From the NCBI RefSeq assembly GCF_000007985.2, contig NC_002939.5, positions 930,001-962,000 of the forward strand: DNA of 32,000 nucleotides, written 5' to 3'. Shown here one piece after another: positions 15,985 through 24,469 of the stretch. This stretch comes from Geobacter sulfurreducens PCA. Its GTDB lineage: Bacteria; Desulfobacterota; Desulfuromonadia; Geobacterales; Geobacteraceae. A program made the translations under genes and the position numbers. The stretch's first letter is position 1. Each line of letters opens with the position of its first letter. The notes under the pieces are model-generated. The model was given only the letters and a program-made list of their open reading frames with translations, searched no databases and was not told where the DNA came from.

Positions 15985-17020
15985 CCAGCTCGATCTTTTC
16001 GGTGTCCTCGGCGCTGATCTTTGAGACGTGGTGCTTCATGGCCGAGAAGACGTCGGCGGTGGTCTCGTGGATGCGGATGACGGGGATGTTGCTCCCGTCG
16101 AGGATCTGCTGGGTGATGGCCGACACCGGGGCGTGGCCGGGGATGACCAGGCCGGCGATCTTCTCCCGGTAGGCCGGGATGTGGTAGAGGGACGAGATGG
16201 TGACCAGGAGCTCGTCCCGGGAGCTGGTGACCACCAGCAGGGTGGACTGCTCCAGGCCGTCGATGACCTTCTGGGAGGAGGCAGCCCCCAGCTGGATGTG
16301 GTGGACGATGCGGGTCCCCTGGGTCTGGTCGCCCCGCAGGGGGTGCTCCAGCAGGCGGGAGATGTGATTGAGGGTCGGGTTGGCCAGGACCGGGGACCAG
16401 TCGAAGGCACCGATTACCTCGATGCCGAAGGGCTTGAAGGAACGGCCCAGGTACGAGAGGGAGGTCTCCCGCTTTTCGGGCAGGAGCTTGTTGACCACAA
16501 GCGCCTTGACCGGCACCTCTTCCATCCGGTAGAGGGGGAGGTTGAGCTGGACCGAGTCGATGACGTTGCCGATGCCGCCGCCGCTCACCAGGATCACGGG
16601 CGCACCGGTGATCTTGGCAACCCGGGCGTTGTTGAGGCCGATGACCGAGCCCACCCCGCCGTGGCCCGACCCTTCGATGATCAGGAAGTCGTTTTTCTTC
16701 TCCAGGGCGGCAACCGCCTCGGTGATCCGCTCCACGGGCCAGAGCGCCGGGATCTCGCCGTCGATGAACTTCTTGGTGGAGCCCCGGCCGAGCACCACGG
16801 GGGACATGTGGGCGATGTCCTCTCCAAGCCCGAAGATGCGGGCCATGAGGGCCGCGTCCTTGTCCACGGTGATGCCGTTGAAGACTTGGCACTTGGGGCC
16901 CACGGCCTTGATGAAGCCGACCCGGCCGTATTTCTTGCGGGCCAGGTGCATGAGCGAGACGCTGATGGTGGTCTTGCCCGCGTTCATGCCGGTGGCGGCG
17001 ATGAAGATCTTTCTGCTCAT
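15926..17020 (-). CDS. Stand-alone BioD-like P-loop + DRTGG domain protein (resembles the N-terminal regulatory half of Pta; no acetyltransferase domain)
   Basis: MSRKIFIAATGMNAGKTT P-loop, IIEGSGHGGVGS, and later LLVVTSSRDELL... in a DRTGG-like region. Start set at internal ATG 17020. Confidence 0.7.
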   Translation of the reverse strand: MSRKIFIAATGMNAGKTTISVSLMHLARKKYGRVGFIKAVGPKCQVFNGITVDKDAALMARIFGLGEDIAHMSPVVLGRGSTKKFIDGEIPALWPVERITEAVAALEKKNDFLIIEGSGHGGVGSVIGLNNARVAKITGAPVILVSGGGIGNVIDSVQLNLPLYRMEEVPVKALVVNKLLPEKRETSLSYLGRSFKPFGIEVIGAFDWSPVLANPTLNHISRLLEHPLRGDQTQGTRIVHHIQLGAASSQKVIDGLEQSTLLVVTSSRDELLVTISSLYHIPAYREKIAGLVIPGHAPVSAITQQILDGSNIPVIRIHETTADVFSAMKHHVSKISAEDTEKIELVKAQAEEILDFDHLDSLLD

Positions 17021-17042
17021 GACGGTGACGATCTCCCGACAA

Positions 17043-17094
17043 TGGTTATTCCGGTAGAATGAGCAGTATAATTTTACCATTCAAAGGGATGCAA
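17043..17094. promoter_or_regulatory. AT-rich divergent promoter region with overlapping -10 boxes on both strands
   Basis: + strand: perfect TATAAT at 17067-17072, with a poor -35. Minus strand: TTGCAT (complement of 17089-17094), 18 nt, TATACT (complement of 17065-17070). This is the only markedly AT-rich stretch between the two divergent genes. Confidence 0.3.
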
Positions 17095-17249
17095 GCATGT
17101 ATACCGAACCGATTTCTTTCATCCCTCAGACAGAGGGGTGCCGCGCCGGCCGACGGGTGACGCGGCGGGGTTCGCCCGGGCATGCCCTCCGGTGTTCGTA
17201 ACGTCCCCCCGGTTGGCAACGTCGCACTGCCTGTGGTAAGGTTGCAGCC

Positions 17250-18575
17250 ATGAAACGAAAAACCCTCCCCAAACTCCTCTACGCCGACGCCAAAGGAAAC
17301 ATCTTCGATCATCCCCATCTCTGCATGGCCGGCATGAGCGGCTCCGAAGCGGTGCTCCCCGAATCGGTGGAGCTGATCCCGCTGCCCGAGGGGAGCCGGC
17401 TCTTTACCATCCCGGATACGCCGCCCGTTGCCTGGGACGAGCAGCAGCGGAAGTTCGTGACCGTGGCCTCGGTGCGGGAGGGGCGGCGCCCGATGCCGGT
17501 GCAGGCGGTGTCGGCCTTCATGGCGCCGGGGTACGTGCGGCTGCTGCTGCCGGCGTGCGATTATTCGCGCAAGAAGGTGCACCTCCCCCTCTGGTCGTAC
17601 ACGGCGGTGGGCTGGGACGAGGAGCGGGACTGCTTCGTGGTGGCGGCGAGCCGGGTGGACACCAACCAGAACTGGAACCCCTGCAACTACGACGACCGGA
17701 AGCTGGACCCCCTGGTGCGGCAGCGGTTGGCGGAAATGCCCCACAACCGGCTCCTGGAGCAGTTGGCCCGCTGCGCGGTGGATTACCACTGCTTCGCGGC
17801 CAAGAACCTCTTTTTCCGCCGATGGGAGGCGCCGCTCCCCACCTCGCCGGCGTGCAACTCGCGCTGCCTCGGGTGCATCAGCCTCCAGCCCTCGGACTGC
17901 TGCCCGGCCAACCACGAGCGGATCGGCTTCGTCCCCACGCCGGAGGAGATCGTGGAACTGGCCCTGCCGCACCTGCTGGAGGCGCCGGAACCCATCGTCT
18001 CCTACGGCCAGGGGTGCGAGGGGGACCCGATCATGCAGGCGGACACCGTGGCCGAGGCCACGCGGCGGCTGAAGGCGGCCACTTCCCGGGGGACGGTGAA
18101 CTTCAACTCCAACGGCTCCTTCCCGGACCGGATCGCCATGCTCTGCGACGCGGGCATGGACTCCATGCGCTTTTCCATGAACTCGGTGCGGGAGGAGGTC
18201 TACGACCGGTACTACCGGCCGGTGGGATACCGCTTCGCCGAGGTGAAGGAGTCGGTGCGGCTGGCGGGGGAGCGGGGGCTGTTCACCATGATCAACTACC
18301 TGGTGTCGCCGGGGGTGTCGGACAGCGCCGACGAGGTGGAGGCCCTGCTCCGCTTCATCGGCGAGACCGGGGTGAAGATGATCCAGATGCGGAACCTGTC
18401 CATTGACCCGGATTTCTACAACAAGCGGATGGGCGCCACGGGGCGGGGCATCGGCATGTACCGGATGCTGGAGCGGGTGAAGCGGGAGTTTCCCCACATC
18501 CAGTACGGCTACTACAACCGGACCAGAGAGAACTTCTTTCCGGCGGGGTATGAGAAGGGGTGGCCGATCCGCTAG
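17250..18575 (+). CDS. Radical SAM protein with a ~200-aa N-terminal extension of unknown function
   Basis: ACNSRCLGC (Cx3Cx2C) at about residue 200, followed by a TIM-barrel-like core (SYGQGCEGDP, NFNSNG, MNSV). The conserved-looking N-terminal region is unassigned. Confidence 0.8.
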   Translation: MKRKTLPKLLYADAKGNIFDHPHLCMAGMSGSEAVLPESVELIPLPEGSRLFTIPDTPPVAWDEQQRKFVTVASVREGRRPMPVQAVSAFMAPGYVRLLLPACDYSRKKVHLPLWSYTAVGWDEERDCFVVAASRVDTNQNWNPCNYDDRKLDPLVRQRLAEMPHNRLLEQLARCAVDYHCFAAKNLFFRRWEAPLPTSPACNSRCLGCISLQPSDCCPANHERIGFVPTPEEIVELALPHLLEAPEPIVSYGQGCEGDPIMQADTVAEATRRLKAATSRGTVNFNSNGSFPDRIAMLCDAGMDSMRFSMNSVREEVYDRYYRPVGYRFAEVKESVRLAGERGLFTMINYLVSPGVSDSADEVEALLRFIGETGVKMIQMRNLSIDPDFYNKRMGATGRGIGMYRMLERVKREFPHIQYGYYNRTRENFFPAGYEKGWPIR

Positions 18576-19186
18576 TCGGGCAGCCCTTCCACAACCATCC
18601 GGGCCCACTCGTGCAGCGCCAGATCCCGGTAGGTCTTGAAAATCCGTCCATCTCTCGTGCGGAAGAGCTTTTTGGGTTCGCGGTCGTCGATCGAGTTGTC
18701 GTACACATATGCCCGGTCAACCATGGAGATCGCCAGGGCGCTGTTGGCAATGGAGCGCTGGTAGCGGGAAATGATCTTGGCGATGGGGACATCGTGACCG
18801 CCCGCCATGACCCGCCTGGCGACGCGGGCAGCATTGATCGCGGGGCTGTCGGTGCCGATGAAAAAGAAGCGGATGAAGAAGTCGGCTTCTTTCGCCCGCC
18901 TGATAAAATCCAGTTTTTCCGGGACGGAAAAAACCGTTTCCAGGAGCATGCTCCTTTTTCCCCTCAAGCACTCCTCCCTGAGTTCCTGAGCCCTGGCCGC
19001 AGCTTTCATTACGGCCTCGGGAGAGTTCCAGTCACCGAATTCATTCTTGGCGATCTCATCGGGGTTGATGAAGATGCAGCCCTCCGACCAGTCGTGTCTG
19101 AGGACCTGGCTCGTGAACGTTGTCTTGCCCGAGCCGTTCGGCCCGGCAATGACGATCAGCTTATGCCTGAGAGCGCTTTTCGCCAT
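18572..19186 (-). CDS. Zeta-toxin-like / COG4185-type P-loop kinase (putative toxin)
   Basis: Walker A GPNGSGKTT. RVMAGGHDVPIAKIISRYQRS, characteristic of the zeta/COG4185 group. Start set at ATG 19186 (MAKSALRHKLIVIAGPNGSGKTT). Confidence 0.7.
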   Translation of the reverse strand: MAKSALRHKLIVIAGPNGSGKTTFTSQVLRHDWSEGCIFINPDEIAKNEFGDWNSPEAVMKAAARAQELREECLRGKRSMLLETVFSVPEKLDFIRRAKEADFFIRFFFIGTDSPAINAARVARRVMAGGHDVPIAKIISRYQRSIANSALAISMVDRAYVYDNSIDDREPKKLFRTRDGRIFKTYRDLALHEWARMVVEGLPD

Positions 19187-19370
19187 GGGCCTGGAACGCC
19201 TCGCGGGCCGACTCAATCTCGCGCCGCAGGTTGTCTCGAAGCAACTGCTTCAGCTCAATGGTCTGGGCCTTGGTCCGCTCGGCGACAGCCCGCATCATTT
19301 CGTTCAGTTCCTTCTCGGAAATCTCCCGGGGTCGCTCGTGGGATTCCTTATGTTTTTCAACAGGCTTCAT
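19161..19370 (-). CDS. Small charged helical protein, putative cognate antitoxin
   Basis: The 69-aa ORF MKPVEKHKESHERPREISEKELNEMMRAVAERTK... has SD GGAGG 4 nt upstream. Its 3' end overlaps the toxin start by 26 nt, the classic toxin-antitoxin layout. Confidence 0.5.
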   Translation of the reverse strand: MKPVEKHKESHERPREISEKELNEMMRAVAERTKAQTIELKQLLRDNLRREIESAREAFQAHGEKRSQA

Positions 19371-19396
19371 GGCGCCTCCACAATCGGTACAGGTCC

Positions 19397-19425
19397 AATC
19401 TAACGGAACCGCTCCATGGGGTCAA
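19397..19425 (-). promoter_or_regulatory. Sigma70-type promoter of the two-gene toxin-antitoxin-like unit
   Basis: The minus strand reads TTGACC-CCATGGAGCGGTTCCGT(17)-TAGATT, about 25 nt upstream of the small ORF's ATG. Confidence 0.5.
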
Positions 19426-19428
19426 TTC

Positions 19429-19474
19429 AATAAAACGGGAACGGGGTCTAACGTCAGGGGGCTGACCGCTTCCC
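19429..19474 (-). terminator. Candidate terminator after acyP
   Basis: The minus strand reads GGGAAGCGGTCAGCCCCCTGACGTTAGACCCCGTTCCC followed by GTTTTATT. The outer stem is GGGAA/TTCCC plus CGG/CCG, and the inner stem is GTCAG/CTGAC. The structure is imperfect. Confidence 0.4.
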
Positions 19475-19750
19475 TCAGTACCTGACGTCGAAGTCGTCGA
19501 ACTCGCCCCGGTAGTGCTCGCGCTCCAGGATGACCCGGTCAACCCGGGCGCGGGAAGGGCCGTGGTGGCACCAGGCCACCAGGGCGTCGACGGCCTCTTC
19601 TTCCCCCTCGAAGCAGCCCTGGACATCGCCGCCGGCAAGGTTTTTCACCCAGCCGGATACGCCGAGCCGCTGGGCCTGCTGCACCGTGTGGTGCCGGAAG
19701 GCCACCCCCTGCACCAGCCCCTTGATGGTCACGATGGCGCGGATCTTCAT
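19475..19750 (-). CDS. acyP: Acylphosphatase
   Basis: 91 aa. VTIKGLVQGVAFRHHTVQQAQRLGVSGWVKNLAGGDV is the canonical acylphosphatase signature. Confidence 0.9.
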   Translation of the reverse strand: MKIRAIVTIKGLVQGVAFRHHTVQQAQRLGVSGWVKNLAGGDVQGCFEGEEEAVDALVAWCHHGPSRARVDRVILEREHYRGEFDDFDVRY

Positions 19751-21793
<2,043 letters not shown>

Positions 21794-21804
21794 TTATAGC
21801 ACAG

Positions 21805-21820
21805 CGGCACCCGGATGGCA
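21805..21820 (+). promoter_or_regulatory. Weak sigma54-like -24/-12 element upstream of the protease gene
   Basis: cGGCAC-CCGGA-TGGCA versus TGGCAC-N5-TTGCW. GG and GC are correctly spaced, with two other mismatches. Confidence 0.25.
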
Positions 21821-21952
21821 ATTTGCGCTCCCGGCCGGGACGGGGCATTAGGGCCTCGCGGTTTCAGTCCGGTATCTGTTATAGTGGAGGCTCGGGGCGC
21901 AGAACAGGGACCGGCGGGCAGCATTTCCACCCCGCCGCGAGAAGGGGATACC

Positions 21953-24295
21953 GTGAAGCATGGAGTATGGGAGCGTGTGAGCGTGATGTGCCGGTTTCTG
22001 CCGGTCCTGCTGGCAATGGCGACGGCGCCGGCATGGGCCGCGCCGGCTGCGGGGTCGAAGGTGCCCGCCGAGGTGGGGGCTGCCCTGGCGCGGGGCGAGT
22101 CCCGGGAATTGATCGTCCTGCTGGATGACGGCCCGGTGGAGGCCGAACTGGCGGGCATCCGGGCGCAATCCGCGTCGCCGGCCGACGAGCGGGAGGCGGC
22201 TCGCCGACGGCTCGCGCTGAAGTCGGCGCGGTACGGCGAGATGAAGGGGCGCCTCGCCGCCGACCTGGCGGAAGAGCGAATGGAGGTGGTCAGAGAGTAC
22301 AGCCACCTGCCGCTCTTCTTCGCGCGGGTGGGATCGGCCAGGGCCCTTGAGCGGCTGGCGGGCCGCGCCGAGGTGAAGAGGGTTTTCCCCAACGAGGCCC
22401 GGAAGCTCCAGCTCACCGAGAGTCTTCCCCTGATTGAACAGCCCCGGGCCGCGGCTGCCGGTTTCACGGGCGCCGACACATCGGTGGCGGTCTTCGACAC
22501 GGGGGTCGACTACACCCGGCCGGCCTTCGGCTCCTGCACCGCGCCGGGCACGCCGGCCGGGTGCAAGGTAATCGTGTCCATCGATACGGCGTCCCCGGAT
22601 TTCCAGCTTGACGACCCCGACTCCTATCACGGCACCGGCGTGTCCGCCATTGTCCTGGGGGTGGCTCCCGACACCCGCATCATCGCCATCGACGTCTTCG
22701 ACGGTGAATACGCCTATGATGCGGACATCATCGAGGCCGCCAACTGGGCGATCGCCAATCGCGCCACCTACAACATCGTGGCCATCAACATGAGCCTTGG
22801 CGCGGGCTCGTTCACCTCGCCCTGCACCGATACCACCTACAATACCCTGGTGAGCCAGGTCCGCGCGGCAGGGATCATGCCCGTTGCCGCCTCGGGCAAC
22901 GAAGGACTGACGAACGCCCTCATTGCGCCGGCATGCATCCCGGGCGTGATTTCGGTGGGCGCGGTTTACGATGATTACAGCTACTTCCACGGAACCTGTC
23001 TCGATCCCATGGTGCCCGACAAGGTGGCCTGCTTCTCAAACAGCGCATCCTTTCTCACCCTGCTGGCCCCGGGGGCCTATATCACCGCGGCCGGAGAGCT
23101 CACGGCCGGCACCTCCGAGGCGACCCCCCATGTGTCGGGGGCCGTGGCGGTACTCCGATCGGCTTTTCCGGCGGAGTCCCTCGATGCGATTCAGGCGCGC
23201 CTCACCTCCACCGGCAAGCCGGTGACCGATTCCCGGAACGGGGTGACGAAACCGCGCATCAATGTTGCCGCGGCCATCGGCCCGCCCGCCAACGATCTCT
23301 TTTCCGCAGCCCAGGCCCTGCCCGCCACTGCCGGCCAGACTACCGGCGTCAACCTGAACGCCACCCGTGAGACAGGCGAGCCCGATCACGCGGGGGTGGC
23401 CGGGGGTGCCTCGGTCTGGTGGACCTGGCAGGGCCAGACCAGCGGAATCGTGTCCCTGGATACCCACGGCAGCTCCTTCGATACCCTGCTGGCGGTTTAT
23501 ACCGGCACCAGTGTGGGAAATCTGACGCCGGCCGCCGCCAATGACAACGACGGCGGCGTCGGCGGCACCAGCGGGCTGACCTTTACGGCCTTGGCGGGAG
23601 AGGTGTACCGGATTGCCGTGGACGGCCGGAACGGAGTCACGGGGCGCATTACCCTGAACCGGAACTTTACCCCGTCGGCCACAGCAGATATTGCCGTCGC
23701 CGCCTCGGGAGCACCGTCGACGAGCTTCGTGGGGGAACTGGTAACCTACACGGTGAGTGTCATCAACTACGGCCCGGAGACGGCAACCGAGGTGACGGTG
23801 ACCGATCCGATCCCTGCGGGGGCCACCTTTGTTTCCGCTTCCCCGGGGTGCGCCCTGTCAGGCAGCACCGTTACGTGCAACATCGGAACCCTGGCAGTCG
23901 GGGGGAGCGTCTCCTACACCATCGTGCTTAGCCCCACGCTGGCTGGCACCCTGAGCAACACCTTCCAGGCGGCCGGTTTCACCAACGATCCCGCCCCGGG
24001 CAACAACGCCTCGGCTGTCTATACGCCGGTGGCTGCATTTGTGTATCCGGTGCTGGTGGACAATGTGCAGTATCCAATGCTTCAGAACGGCTTCGACATT
24101 GTCCAGGAGGGGGGCGTGGTCATGGCCACGGCGAGCCTGTTCACGGAACAGCTGCTGCTGAGCCGCGCCGTCCGGTTCACCCTGCAGGGAGGCTATGACG
24201 CCTTCTTCACCTCCGCCACCGGCTACACCACCCTGCAGGGGAGCCTGACCCTTGCCAGAGGGGCGGTGACCGTTGACCGGTTGATCGTCCGCTGA
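21953..24295 (+). CDS. Secreted multidomain S8 (subtilisin-like) serine protease with propeptide, PPC-like domain and DUF11-type repeat domain
   Basis: Catalytic triad contexts VAVFDTGVD, HGTGVSAIV and GTSEATPHVSGAVAVL. Signal peptide VKHGVWERVSVMCRFLPVLLAMATAPAWA. Later comes GEPDHAG...SVWWTW...FDTLLAVYTG, a pre-peptidase-C-terminal-like region. Then ADIAVA...LVTYTVSVINYGPETATEVTVTDPIPAG, a DUF11-like domain. Start is either GTG 21953 (SD AAGGGG, 6-nt spacer) or ATG 21986. The ORF-track start at 21815 is unlikely. Confidence 0.85.
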   Translation: MKHGVWERVSVMCRFLPVLLAMATAPAWAAPAAGSKVPAEVGAALARGESRELIVLLDDGPVEAELAGIRAQSASPADEREAARRRLALKSARYGEMKGRLAADLAEERMEVVREYSHLPLFFARVGSARALERLAGRAEVKRVFPNEARKLQLTESLPLIEQPRAAAAGFTGADTSVAVFDTGVDYTRPAFGSCTAPGTPAGCKVIVSIDTASPDFQLDDPDSYHGTGVSAIVLGVAPDTRIIAIDVFDGEYAYDADIIEAANWAIANRATYNIVAINMSLGAGSFTSPCTDTTYNTLVSQVRAAGIMPVAASGNEGLTNALIAPACIPGVISVGAVYDDYSYFHGTCLDPMVPDKVACFSNSASFLTLLAPGAYITAAGELTAGTSEATPHVSGAVAVLRSAFPAESLDAIQARLTSTGKPVTDSRNGVTKPRINVAAAIGPPANDLFSAAQALPATAGQTTGVNLNATRETGEPDHAGVAGGASVWWTWQGQTSGIVSLDTHGSSFDTLLAVYTGTSVGNLTPAAANDNDGGVGGTSGLTFTALAGEVYRIAVDGRNGVTGRITLNRNFTPSATADIAVAASGAPSTSFVGELVTYTVSVINYGPETATEVTVTDPIPAGATFVSASPGCALSGSTVTCNIGTLAVGGSVSYTIVLSPTLAGTLSNTFQAAGFTNDPAPGNNASAVYTPVAAFVYPVLVDNVQYPMLQNGFDIVQEGGVVMATASLFTEQLLLSRAVRFTLQGGYDAFFTSATGYTTLQGSLTLARGAVTVDRLIVR

Positions 24296-24363
24296 TCTGT
24301 TGCCGCAGCGTGCAGGGCTCCCGCGCCCTCCTCCGGGAGGCGAACCGGTACAGCAATTTGCCC

Positions 24364-24379
24364 TGGCACGAATATCGCC
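24364..24379 (+). promoter_or_regulatory. Sigma54 (RpoN)-type -24/-12 promoter candidate
   Basis: TGGCAC-GAATA-TCGCC versus consensus TGGCAC-N5-TTGCW. The -24 hexamer is perfect, the spacing is correct and the -12 GC is present, with one mismatch. Confidence 0.4.
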
Positions 24380-24419
24380 GTCTTGATTTCCTCCCCCCCG
24401 TTCTGCTATCACTGATGCG

Positions 24420-24451
24420 GCCGGGCATGAACGCCCGGCTCTTTTCGTTTT
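24420..24451 (+). terminator. Rho-independent terminator
   Basis: GCCGGGC-ATGAAC-GCCCGGC followed by TCTTTTCGTTTT. It lies 125 nt after the protease stop and about 18 nt before the helicase start. Confidence 0.7.
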
Positions 24452-24469
24452 GCATCCCGAGGCATGCAC

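Noticed and set aside
15747-17042. 431-aa minus-strand ORF, and the 423-aa + ORF at 14679-15950
   Set aside because: They are alternative frames of the DRTGG-protein and radical SAM/SPASM genes respectively. Their Arg/Pro/Gly-dominated composition shows no domain signatures.
17100-17249. Possible cobalamin or SAM riboswitch in the ~170-nt leader of the second radical SAM gene
   Set aside because: There is no B12 box (GCCACTG-type) and no SAM-I core sequence. The resemblance is limited to GC-rich complementary stretches.
17046-18608. 520-aa minus-strand ORF
   Set aside because: It is antisense to the radical SAM gene at 17250-18575, which carries the Cx3Cx2C motif. The translation is R/P/H/G-rich noise.
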